NCBI GenBank assembly: GCA_050177605.1
Contig: JBFXGX010000009.1
Coordinates: 1-24,818 of the forward strand
Length of the DNA stretch: 24,818 nt
DNA from: Candidatus Izemoplasmatales bacterium
Lineage (GTDB): Bacteria; Bacillota_I; Bacilli_A; Izemoplasmatales; Hujiaoplasmataceae
Reading direction: 5' to 3'
The notes beneath the pieces are model-generated. The model made no database searches, had not been told where the DNA came from, and saw nothing but the letters and a program-made list of their open reading frames with translations. Shown one piece after another: positions 1-8,043 of the stretch. Made by a program: the position numbers and the translations under genes. How positions within the stretch are numbered: position 1 is the stretch's first letter; each line of letters opens with the position of its first letter.

Positions 1-66
1 TAAATAGATATATATAATGAAATGAAAGTCCTAAGTGTACTACAGTTGTTGTATTGTTCTTTTTGG

Positions 67-95
67 TTTACAAAATCACGACGCAACTATATAAT
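67..95 (+). promoter_or_regulatory. sigma-A-type promoter of the HEPN-CBS gene
   Basis: TTTACA (67-72), 17 bp, TATAAT (90-95); followed by SD GAGGTG (103-108) and ATG at 114. Confidence 0.7.
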
Positions 96-113
96 GGATT
101 CAGAGGTGATTTT

Positions 114-839
114 ATGGATACTCAGAATGAATTTTTATCTTTGTTCAATGAATTAGAAATCTATTTGCGCATTGAATACAATGATGGAAGATTCAATGAA
201 TCTAGTTTTATGGGTACAGTACAGCGAATTCGCTCTCGAAGAGAGAATGCATTAATCGCAAGTAAGGAATATTTTGAAGTCTTGACTCAAGCAGCACAAA
301 TCAGAAACATTATGGTTCATAACGAGGATATCGTCGTTCCAACAGAAGATTTTATGAAGAAGTTCAGATATATCGTAAAGATGATTACTTCTCCAATCAC
401 CGTGGATAAAATCATGAATCCTATCAGAAAAGCAACAACCGTCACATTAGAAAAAACGATTGAAGAAGTGATTGCGATTATGAAAGAGAAGAAGTTCTCA
501 CATATTCCTGTGGTAGAAGATCATAAACTGAAAGGTGTTTTTACAGAAAGAACCTTATTCTACTATATGATGATGGACTTAGGTGATATCAATCTCCATA
601 TGACGATGAAAGATATCTTACCTTCGATGGATCTAGATAATGATCCTGCAGAGTATTTTGCATTCGTCGCTAGAGACAAAGATATCTATGAAGCATTTGC
701 TTTATTCACTGCAGATTCTAAAAATGATAAAGAACTAGAAATCCTCTTTGTGACAGAACATGGACAGAATCATGAAAGTATTCTTGGAATTGTGACACAC
801 TGGGATTTAGATCAAGCTTTTATGAAGTATGAAAGTTAA
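114..839 (+). CDS. CBS-pair protein with N-terminal HEPN-like domain
   Basis: Start moved from 54 to ATG 114 (SD and promoter upstream). The C-terminal half is a CBS pair (TVDKIM..., FSHIPVVEDHKLKGVFT, ILGIVTHWDL). The N-terminal helical region has ExxxR (EIYLR) and Rx4H (RNIMVH) motifs. Confidence 0.75.
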   Translation: MDTQNEFLSLFNELEIYLRIEYNDGRFNESSFMGTVQRIRSRRENALIASKEYFEVLTQAAQIRNIMVHNEDIVVPTEDFMKKFRYIVKMITSPITVDKIMNPIRKATTVTLEKTIEEVIAIMKEKKFSHIPVVEDHKLKGVFTERTLFYYMMMDLGDINLHMTMKDILPSMDLDNDPAEYFAFVARDKDIYEAFALFTADSKNDKELEILFVTEHGQNHESILGIVTHWDLDQAFMKYES

Positions 840-849
840 TCAATTCTAG

Positions 850-880
850 AGGCGAATGAATCCTAAATCATTCGCTTTTT
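850..880 (+). terminator. intrinsic terminator
   Basis: GCGAATGA (852-859) / TCATTCGC (868-875) stem followed by TTTTT. Confidence 0.7.
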
Positions 881-891
881 CAACATTTATT

Positions 892-900
892 TGATATAAT
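892..900 (+). promoter_or_regulatory. extended -10 promoter for the ecf-truA operon
   Basis: TG-A-TATAAT at 892-900; no clear -35. Confidence 0.55.
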
Positions 901-920
901 AAATGAGCGCAGGTGATGAT

Positions 921-1715
921 ATGTTAGTGAAGTTAGATCATATCGATTTCTCTTATGATTTAGAGAAAGAAATCCTCAAAGACATCAATATTTCGATTGA
1001 AAAAGGTGAATGGGTCAGTATTCTTGGACATAATGGTTCTGGGAAATCAACTCTTGCAAAAACCATCGTTGGTTTATTAGAAGCGATCAATGGAAAAGTC
1101 TATGTGGATGGTATTTTACTATCAGAAGAAACAGCATATGAAGTTCGAAAAAAAATTGGTATTGTATTCCAAAATCCAGATAATCAATTTGTCGGTGTCA
1201 CCGTAAGAGATGACATCGCTTTTGGTATGGAAAATCTATGTTTCTCAAAAGAAGAGATGTTAAAAGCAATTGATTTTTATGCAGATAAAATTGGCGTAAA
1301 AGAATTGCTTGATAAAGAGCCATCTTCATTATCCGGTGGTCAAAAACAACGTGTGGCGATTGCAGGAATTCTTGCGATGCAAACAGAGATCATTATTTTT
1401 GATGAAGCAACATCCATGTTAGATCCTTATGCTCGAGAAGACTTAATGAAATACATTAAACAATTACATCAAGAAGGCTTAACAATCATCATGATTACGC
1501 ATGATATTGAAGAAGCTCTTTTAAGCGACCGAATTATCGTTTTAAAAGAAGGAAAAGTCTTTTTAGATAATGATGTGGCTAGTGTATTAAAAGAATCAAA
1601 TAAACTAAAAGAAGCACATTTGGAGTTGCCTACAGCACTTCAAATAGTCGATAGTTATCCTGAAATGGACGCTTCTTGGAAGGAGTACTTATGGGAATCC
1701 GTTTTAAAGAAGTAA
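921..1715 (+). CDS. ecfA1: energy-coupling factor transporter ATPase EcfA1
   Basis: Walker A GHNGSGKS, Q-loop VFQNPDNQFVG, LSGGQKQR, DEATSMLDP. Start at ATG 921 after SD AGGTG (911-915); the ATG at 903 sits too close to the -10. Confidence 0.92.
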   Translation: MLVKLDHIDFSYDLEKEILKDINISIEKGEWVSILGHNGSGKSTLAKTIVGLLEAINGKVYVDGILLSEETAYEVRKKIGIVFQNPDNQFVGVTVRDDIAFGMENLCFSKEEMLKAIDFYADKIGVKELLDKEPSSLSGGQKQRVAIAGILAMQTEIIIFDEATSMLDPYAREDLMKYIKQLHQEGLTIIMITHDIEEALLSDRIIVLKEGKVFLDNDVASVLKESNKLKEAHLELPTALQIVDSYPEMDASWKEYLWESVLKK

Positions 1716-2548
1716 GCCATAGTTATCCTTCTAATTTTGTGTCTGATTTTCAAGCGATAAAGGATATATCATTAGAAATTCAAGATGAGTCTGAATTTAT
1801 TTGTCTTGTTGGTCATACCGGTTCTGGTAAATCGACCTTAGCGCAACATATGAACGCACTCATTTTTCCAACCGATGGGGTTGTGACGATTAACAATACC
1901 GAAGTAAGAAGTAAAAGAGACAAAAAGGTTTCATATAACCGGTTAAGAAAACATGTGGGTCTTGTTTTTCAGTTTCCTGAATATCAATTATTTGAGGAAA
2001 CAGTTTTAAAAGATATTATGTTTGGTCCACTCAATTTTAAAGTCTCCCAAGAGGATGCACTTGAATCGGCGAAACAAGCGATTCAACTGGTAGGATTAAA
2101 TGAGAGCTACCTAGAAAGAAATCCCTTTAATTTATCTGGTGGAGAAAAAAAGAGAGTATCGATTGCGGGTATCCTTGCGATGGATCCAGATATTTTAGTT
2201 CTTGATGAACCTACTTCAGGGTTAGATCCTCAAGGAAAAAGAGAAATGATGGAACTCTTTACGTCGATTCAAAAAGAGACGAAAAAAACGATTGTCATTA
2301 TTACGCATGACATGGATTTAGTTTATGAATATGCAAGTAGAGTCATTGTATTAAATGATGGATCTCTTGTTTTTGATGGCGAACCAGAAAACTTATTTAA
2401 ACAACCCACCCTAGAAAAGTGGGCGTTAAGTCTTCCTTCGACAATCAGGGTGTTAAAAGGGATTGAAGAGAAATTTCAGCTTGGAATCAATCCTTATCAA
2501 AAAACAGTTGAGTTAGCCTCCCTTGAATTAAGGAGGATATCCAAATGA
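1691..2548 (+). CDS. ecfA2: energy-coupling factor transporter ATPase EcfA2
   Basis: GHTGSGKS, VFQFPEYQLFEETV, LSGGEKKR, DEPTSGLDP; SD AGGAG (1681-1685) before ATG 1691; overlaps the ecfA1 3' end. Confidence 0.92.
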   Translation: MGIRFKEVSHSYPSNFVSDFQAIKDISLEIQDESEFICLVGHTGSGKSTLAQHMNALIFPTDGVVTINNTEVRSKRDKKVSYNRLRKHVGLVFQFPEYQLFEETVLKDIMFGPLNFKVSQEDALESAKQAIQLVGLNESYLERNPFNLSGGEKKRVSIAGILAMDPDILVLDEPTSGLDPQGKREMMELFTSIQKETKKTIVIITHDMDLVYEYASRVIVLNDGSLVFDGEPENLFKQPTLEKWALSLPSTIRVLKGIEEKFQLGINPYQKTVELASLELRRISK

Positions 2549-3507
2549 AAAACATCGTCATCGGACAATATATTCCTGGAAATGGATTCTTTTATAAAAT
2601 TGATCCTCGCACGAAAATTATTGCATTAGTTTTATTGATGGTATCCTTATTTTTACTTCAAACAATGACAGAGCTATTAGTCGCTTTTGGACTATCCGTT
2701 CTCGTACTTATTCTTGGAAAATTATCCATCGTACGAATTGTGAAAGGATTAAAACCAATCATTGTCTTACTTGTCTTTACTTTCTTTTTCCAAATATTGT
2801 TTAATCAATCAGGGGCACTCCTTGTCAACCAAACGATGGGATTTTCATTAACCAGTGTTCTTGGCATTATCGTGCTTACTGTTCTTTGGAGAGTTGGCGC
2901 AGCGCATTTTAGATATCGAACCTTATTAATGATTCTCTACTTTGCGCTTTTATATCTGACGTTTAGTTATTTTCACTATACACCAATTTGGTCTTCGTTC
3001 CAGTTCAAAATCTATGAATCTGGCATTGAAATGAGTGTTTTTGTAGTGATTAGATTACTCATTATTATTACTTTATCGACAGTACTTACCATCACGACGA
3101 AACCTACTGATTTAACTTTAGGTTTAGAAAAGTTAATGCATCCTCTTAAAAAAATAGGAATTAATTCCGAAGAATTTGCTTTGATTATCTCGATTAGTTT
3201 ACGTTATATTCCAACCATCCTTGATGAAGCAAACAAGATTATGCTCGCCCAGGCTTCAAGAGGAGCTGACTTCTCTGAAGGGAAGTTAAAAGATAAGGTA
3301 AAACAAATTGTATCTTTGCTTGTGCCGATGTTTATCATCGCCTTTAAGCGAAGTGAAGACCTTGCGGATGCGATGGAATCAAGAAACTTTATTCCTGGAA
3401 AACCAAGGACTCGAATCATGGATTTAGTTTTTTCAAAGTATGATATATTTACAACACTGTTTACCTTTATTTGCCTAGGTGTAGGCATTTACCTGAAGGT
3501 GATGTAA
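2545..3507 (+). CDS. ecfT: ECF transporter transmembrane component EcfT (long form)
   Basis: GQYIPG..DPRTK N-terminus, ISLRYIPT, AQASRG and AMESRN coupling motifs; ATGA overlap with ecfA2. Confidence 0.92.
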   Translation: MKNIVIGQYIPGNGFFYKIDPRTKIIALVLLMVSLFLLQTMTELLVAFGLSVLVLILGKLSIVRIVKGLKPIIVLLVFTFFFQILFNQSGALLVNQTMGFSLTSVLGIIVLTVLWRVGAAHFRYRTLLMILYFALLYLTFSYFHYTPIWSSFQFKIYESGIEMSVFVVIRLLIIITLSTVLTITTKPTDLTLGLEKLMHPLKKIGINSEEFALIISISLRYIPTILDEANKIMLAQASRGADFSEGKLKDKVKQIVSLLVPMFIIAFKRSEDLADAMESRNFIPGKPRTRIMDLVFSKYDIFTTLFTFICLGVGIYLKVM

Positions 3508-4469
3508 TGAAGATTACCAAGGATTTAATCGCAATCAAATGTGGATTAAAATATAATAAAGAAGTCATCCTTGATCAAGACAATGTCTATGATTTTGTTC
3601 TTCGTCATCAAGAATGGTTTGAAACAATTGAGTTAGGTTTAGGGAAGGACCATATGGAATATGGGTATTTCTCTGATGGAACGCTTTATAAGGTGGGAGT
3701 GAAAGATCATCTCATTGAACGGATTGTTATTGTATCGAAAACAAAAGGTTATACAAGAATCAAAGGAACCCTTTCTTACGATGGTTCCATGTTTTCGGGG
3801 TTTCAAGTGCAATCTAATGACAGAAGCGTCCAAGGTGAGTTAGAAAAAATTCTCTCTGAAATTCATCATGAAGAAACGAGAATTGCTGGTGCATCGAGAA
3901 CCGATGCGGGGGTCCACGCATTGAACCAAGTCTTTCATTTTGATACGACAAGAAGCGATGATTTGGATCGGTGGCTGTATTATTTCCACCGTCGAGCTCC
4001 AAAAGATATGTATGTCAAAGATTTAGAAATTGTACATCCACTTTTTCATAGTCGTTATGATGTATTGAAGAAAGAATATCGTTACCGAATTAATACGAGT
4101 GAGTACAATCCATTGATGAGAAATTATGAATGGTTTGTCCCAGGTCTTGATATAGCAAGACTAGAAAAAGAAATGGAAACTCTTCTCGGAACACATGACT
4201 TCTCATCCTTTTCAAAAGGAGAGAAAGAAGATAAAACAAGAACAATCTTCACTTCAAGCGTTGTGCAGCATCCAGGATATATTGAACTTGTCTTTGAAGG
4301 TGATGGTTTCTTACGATACATGATCAGACTCATTGTGAGTGCTCTTGTGAAGATTTCTTTAGGTAAATTAGATACAACAATGGCTTTATTGTTAGAAGAA
4401 AAATCAAGATTACAAACAGTTCATCTAGCGCCAGCTGGCGGATTATATTTAACAAAAATAGAGTATTAG
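3507..4469 (+). CDS. truA: tRNA pseudouridine(38-40) synthase TruA with N-terminal extension
   Basis: SYDGS.F.GFQ, catalytic RTDAGVHA, GTHDFSSF, GFLRYMIR, APAGGLYL; TAATG stop/start overlap with ecfT and SD AAGGTG place the start at 3507. Confidence 0.9.
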   Translation: MKITKDLIAIKCGLKYNKEVILDQDNVYDFVLRHQEWFETIELGLGKDHMEYGYFSDGTLYKVGVKDHLIERIVIVSKTKGYTRIKGTLSYDGSMFSGFQVQSNDRSVQGELEKILSEIHHEETRIAGASRTDAGVHALNQVFHFDTTRSDDLDRWLYYFHRRAPKDMYVKDLEIVHPLFHSRYDVLKKEYRYRINTSEYNPLMRNYEWFVPGLDIARLEKEMETLLGTHDFSSFSKGEKEDKTRTIFTSSVVQHPGYIELVFEGDGFLRYMIRLIVSALVKISLGKLDTTMALLLEEKSRLQTVHLAPAGGLYLTKIEY

Positions 4470-4481
4470 TGTTAACTGATT

Positions 4482-4505
4482 AGGAGAATTTATTCTCCTT
4501 TTTTT
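4482..4505 (+). terminator. intrinsic terminator after truA
   Basis: AGGAGAA-ttta-TTCTCCT followed by a T run. Confidence 0.8.
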
Positions 4506-4537
4506 ATTAATATCTTTTTTTGTATTCTTCAATTTTC

Positions 4538-4567
4538 TTGACAATGTTATAACATATGTATATACTT
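4538..4567 (+). promoter_or_regulatory. TA operon promoter with overlapping palindromic operator
   Basis: TTGACA (4538-4543), 17 bp, TATACT (4561-4566); perfect palindrome ATGTTATAACAT (4544-4555) and GTATATAC (4558-4565). Confidence 0.8.
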
Positions 4568-4587
4568 ATTCTGAGGAGAGTGGTTAA

Positions 4588-4830
4588 ATGAATACCAAAT
4601 TAAAGAAAATTGGCAATAGTCAGGGTATTATTATTCCATCATCGATGTTGAAGTTTTTAAACATTAATGAAAAAGAAATGTTAAACATTGAACTAGAAGG
4701 GGATGAAATCATTTTGACGAAAGCGAACAAATTCGATCCAAAGTCATTAGAAGAACTATTTGAAGGTTACACTGGCAAACTAGACAGCGAAATCGTTTTT
4801 GATGAGTCATTAGGAAGAGAAGTATGGTAA
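4588..4830 (+). CDS. mazE: AbrB/MazE-family antitoxin
   Basis: KLKKIGNSQGIIIP AbrB fold, SLEELF and acidic GREVW C-terminus; SD GAGGAG; overlaps the toxin gene. Confidence 0.88.
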   Translation: MNTKLKKIGNSQGIIIPSSMLKFLNINEKEMLNIELEGDEIILTKANKFDPKSLEELFEGYTGKLDSEIVFDESLGREVW

Positions 4831-5150
4831 ACCAAGGGGATATCGTCATTGTTGATTTTGATCCATCTTTAGGATCTGAACAAAAAGGGAAAAGACCTGG
4901 CGTAGTTGTTAGTAATGATATCTATCATCAAAAAACGAATGGATTTGTGATTGTTGTGCCAATCACTAAGGATCAAGCTATCAAGTATCCTCTTCATGTT
5001 GACCTTGATTCTAGAACAAATACTTATGGGCAAATAATGTGTGAACAACTTAAAACGATGGATACCAAAGTAAGAAACCTTATGAAGATTGAAAAACTAC
5101 CTGAGGATATCTTGGATAGAGTGATCAAAATCATTAAATTAGTTTTTTAG
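4824..5150 (+). CDS. mazF: PemK/MazF-family endoribonuclease toxin
   Basis: GDIVIVDFDP..GSEQKGKRPGVVVSN, VPIT, CEQLKTMD. Confidence 0.92.
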   Translation: MVNQGDIVIVDFDPSLGSEQKGKRPGVVVSNDIYHQKTNGFVIVVPITKDQAIKYPLHVDLDSRTNTYGQIMCEQLKTMDTKVRNLMKIEKLPEDILDRVIKIIKLVF

Positions 5151-5169
5151 CAAAAAATTCAAAAGGGTA

Positions 5170-5197
5170 TTGCATTATCAAAATCATGTGATATAAT
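5170..5197 (+). promoter_or_regulatory. promoter of the T-box/asnB transcript
   Basis: TTGCAT (5170-5175), 16 bp, TATAAT (5192-5197) with extended TG. Confidence 0.7.
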
Positions 5198-5212
5198 CTT
5201 ACCTAATATTAA

Positions 5213-5485
5213 AAGCGTTGAGAAAGAGAAGTAGTACTTAATTCTGTTTAAGCGACCCTAGGATTGGTGAAAGCTAGGGAACAAGAGAAGTATGAATAAC
5301 ACTTTTTAGCTGCTTACCGAAAGAAGAAATTCTAGTAGGATAAGCCGGGGTTTGTTTCCTCGTTAAAACAAATACAACTTTTAGAAACTTGAAAGTAGAG
5401 CAGGCTATTTTTTTAGCAAACTGGGTGGTACCGCGGATAGAACAGTTATTCGTCCCTTATTGTGGATGATAACTGTTTTTTTTAT
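5213..5485 (+). ncRNA. T-box riboswitch (transcriptional), Asn specifier AAC
   Basis: Stem I with AGTA, AGCGA bulge, GGTGAAA distal loop and GAA-T-AAC-A specifier (AAC 5298-5300); stem II with GAA/AGTA S-turn; IIA/B pseudoknot (TTTGTTT/AAACAAA, CGTTA); T-box GGTGGTACCGCG (5424-5435); antiterminator partner TTCGTCCC. Confidence 0.93.
5441..5485 (+). terminator. T-box leader terminator (attenuator)
   Basis: AACAGTTAT(TCGTCC)...(GGATG)ATAACTGTT followed by a T run; mutually exclusive with the antiterminator. Confidence 0.88.
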
Positions 5486-5510
5486 TTTCTAAAGAAAGAG
5501 GTGCGCCAAG

Positions 5511-7082
5511 ATGTGCGGAATAGTATGTTCAAGTAAAAATGTTTTTGGATTAGATAGTAGCCTTAAAAAAATTGAGAAGCGAGGACCTGATGCGTCAAGT
5601 TATTACATGGCAGGGGATAGCGTCTTGCTTTTTAACCGCTTAGCAATTATGGATCTTCATGAAAGTGGGATGCAACCATTTGTTCATGGAGACAACGTCT
5701 TAGTTGCGAACGCAGAAATATATAACTACAAACATTTTAGATCCACTTTTGAGGATACCTTTGTCTTTCGTGGACATTCAGATTGTGAAGTTTTACTTCC
5801 TTTATATGAACGATATGGTACAGAGATGTTTGAAATGCTCGACGCTGAATTTGCAATTGTATTATACGATAGTAAAAAGAAATCACTAATTGCTGGAAGA
5901 GACCCGATTGGCATTCGCCCATTATTTTATGGTTATCTACGAGAATCAAAAGAAATCATGTTTGCATCCGAAGGGAAAGCGATGATTGATATGGTGGATA
6001 AAGTCTATCCTTTTCCTCCTGGACATTTCTATAGTGATGGTGTTTTTACTAAATATTCTAAGCTACTCGATATTGAAAGGTATAGTCAAGACACTTTGCC
6101 AGAAATATTTGGTTCAATAAAAAAATATTTAGAAGAAGCCGTCATTAAGAGACTCGATAGCGATGCACCGATGGCATTTTTATTAAGTGGTGGACTGGAT
6201 TCATCCCTCGTTTGTGCAATTGCATCGAAGTATCTTAAAAAGCCAATTAAAACCTATAGTATTGGTATGGAAAAAGATCCGATTGATTTGAAATATGCAA
6301 AAGTAGTCGCAGACTATTTAGGATCGGATCACGAAGAAGTGATTATGACAAAGGATTTAGTATTATCTTCTTTAGAAGAAGTAATCAAAGCGCTAGAGAC
6401 CTATGATATCACAACGATACGCGCTTCGATGGGCATGTATTTGCTTGCTAAACACATTCATGAGACATCAGATATTAAAGTCCTTCTTACAGGTGAAGTA
6501 AGTGATGAACTCTTTGGTTATAAATACACTGACTTTGCGCCATCAAAAGAAGAATTTCAAAAAGAGTGCGTCAAACGTATCGATGAGATTTATATGTATG
6601 ATGTCCTACGCGCAGATCGTTGTCTTGCGGCAAATAGTTTAGAAGCTCGAGTCCCTTTTGGTGACATTACTTTTGCTTCTTATGTAATGAGAATTGATCC
6701 TTCAAAAAAAATGAATGTATATAAAGAGGGTAAATATTTACTCAGAAAAGCTTTTGAAGGTGATTATTTACCAGACAGTATTTTACACAGAGATAAAGCT
6801 GCGTTTTCAGATGCAGTGGGACATTCGATGGTAGACTATTTGAAAGAGTATGCGGAAGAATTATATTCTGATGAAGAATTTGAAATGAAAAAGAAAGCAT
6901 ATATCAACCCTTCTCCATTTACTAAAGAGTCACTTATGTACCGTGAGATATTTGAAAAATATTACCAAGGTCAAGCCCATATGGTCTTGGATTATTGGAT
7001 GCCAAACAAAACCTGGGAAGGATGTAATGTGCTCGATCCCTCGGCTCGTGTACTTTCAAACTATGGAGACTCAGGTAAATAA
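5511..7082 (+). CDS. asnB: asparagine synthase B (glutamine-hydrolyzing)
   Basis: MCGI Ntn Cys, RGPD, RLAIMD, RDPIGIRPLFYG, LSGGLDSS, SLEARVPF; Asn T-box upstream. Confidence 0.93.
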   Translation: MCGIVCSSKNVFGLDSSLKKIEKRGPDASSYYMAGDSVLLFNRLAIMDLHESGMQPFVHGDNVLVANAEIYNYKHFRSTFEDTFVFRGHSDCEVLLPLYERYGTEMFEMLDAEFAIVLYDSKKKSLIAGRDPIGIRPLFYGYLRESKEIMFASEGKAMIDMVDKVYPFPPGHFYSDGVFTKYSKLLDIERYSQDTLPEIFGSIKKYLEEAVIKRLDSDAPMAFLLSGGLDSSLVCAIASKYLKKPIKTYSIGMEKDPIDLKYAKVVADYLGSDHEEVIMTKDLVLSSLEEVIKALETYDITTIRASMGMYLLAKHIHETSDIKVLLTGEVSDELFGYKYTDFAPSKEEFQKECVKRIDEIYMYDVLRADRCLAANSLEARVPFGDITFASYVMRIDPSKKMNVYKEGKYLLRKAFEGDYLPDSILHRDKAAFSDAVGHSMVDYLKEYAEELYSDEEFEMKKKAYINPSPFTKESLMYREIFEKYYQGQAHMVLDYWMPNKTWEGCNVLDPSARVLSNYGDSGK

Positions 7083-7100
7083 AAAAAACAATAATTTTAC

Positions 7101-7129
7101 TTTGAATGTTGCCAAACCAAGTATATAAT
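7101..7129 (+). promoter_or_regulatory. putative promoter of the flavodoxin gene
   Basis: TTGAAT (7102-7107) and TATAAT (7124-7129). Confidence 0.5.
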
Positions 7130-7145
7130 GAAATTGGGTGATGTT

Positions 7146-7628
7146 ATGAAGGCAGTCGTTATGTGTTATTCATTTGAAGGAAATACTTTAAAAGTAAGTG
7201 AACATCTTGGAAAAGAATTAAACCTTGATGTCATTGAGATTAAACCAAAAAAGGAACTAAAGAGTAAAGGCTTCTACAAATATGTTTGGGGAGGAAGACA
7301 AGTTGTTTTTGGAGACAAACCTTCTATTGAGGACATCAGTTATAACTTTGATGATGTCGATATTATCTTTCTTGGCTCTCCAATTTGGGCAGGAACCTAT
7401 GCGCCTCCGATTAAGACTTTTTTAGAAAAAGGTTATGTTAAAAACAAAAGAATTGCCTATTTTTATACCCATGAAGGTGGCGCTAAAAACGCTGCTGTTC
7501 GTGGTCAAAAGGCAATTGAAAAGTATAATACTTATTTAGGTGATTTTAGTGTTTTCAATGTAATTAAAGGGAATGAAGATTGGAAAGAACCCTTGGTAAA
7601 ATGGGCAAAGAATATTCTTAGTAAATAA
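7146..7628 (+). CDS. flavodoxin family protein
   Basis: YSFEGNT phosphate-binding loop, LGSPIWAG, FYTHEGG; start moved to ATG 7146 (SD GGGTG; ATG 7128 overlaps the -10). Confidence 0.82.
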   Translation: MKAVVMCYSFEGNTLKVSEHLGKELNLDVIEIKPKKELKSKGFYKYVWGGRQVVFGDKPSIEDISYNFDDVDIIFLGSPIWAGTYAPPIKTFLEKGYVKNKRIAYFYTHEGGAKNAAVRGQKAIEKYNTYLGDFSVFNVIKGNEDWKEPLVKWAKNILSK

Positions 7629-7660
7629 TGTGTTAATCGCAATATCTGGTAATTTTACAT

Positions 7661-7693
7661 AAAGAAAAGGTATATCGAGTGATATACCTTTTT
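7661..7693. terminator. bidirectional intrinsic terminator between convergent genes
   Basis: AAAAGGTATATC-gagt-GATATACCTTTT perfect 12-bp inverted repeat with A and T tails. Confidence 0.88.
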
Positions 7694-7694
7694 G

Positions 7695-8042
7695 TTATTT
7701 TTGAATCGAAGATTTTATTGCGAATAAATCAAAGAAAAAATCAAAGACAGCTGCGATTCCGAGAGTGATCCAAATATTCGTTCTGCTTGTTAAATCAAAA
7801 CTGATAAGTGCATATAACACCACTCCGAAGAATACGGTATATAATGCTTGTATTGTATATTTATTTAGAAGAGAATCTTGATCAAATTTCTTTTTTTTGA
7901 AGAGATTGTTAATAAAGATTACCTTTCCTTTATACCAAATGCCAATAAACATTAATAATCCAAATAGAATCGTCACAACCGATAATACTAACAATACTTG
8001 AAACATAAAATCAGAAATCATCACGTCCCATATTCTTTCCAT
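7695..8042 (-). CDS. small hypothetical membrane protein (about 3 TM)
   Basis: 115 aa with hydrophobic segments; SD GGAGG inside the permease 3' end; 1 nt from the upstream stop. Confidence 0.75.
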   Translation of the reverse strand: MERIWDVMISDFMFQVLLVLSVVTILFGLLMFIGIWYKGKVIFINNLFKKKKFDQDSLLNKYTIQALYTVFFGVVLYALISFDLTSRTNIWITLGIAAVFDFFFDLFAIKSSIQK

Positions 8043-8043
8043 T

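Noticed and set aside
1..66. Weak hairpin/T-run and a TATAAT at the window start
   Set aside because: Poor pairing and no upstream context; cannot be called
3204..4333. Minus-strand ORFs 3204-3488, 3639-3833, 3814-4002, 4124-4333
   Set aside because: Antisense shadows of ecfT/truA with no motif or evident SD
4470..5170. TA module as part of an IS or prophage
   Set aside because: No transposase, integrase, terminal inverted repeats or target duplication seen
5704..7128. Short ORFs inside asnB (5704-5889, 5726-5914, 5737-5949, 6943-7128)
   Set aside because: Fully or mostly overlap a conserved gene; no recognisable features
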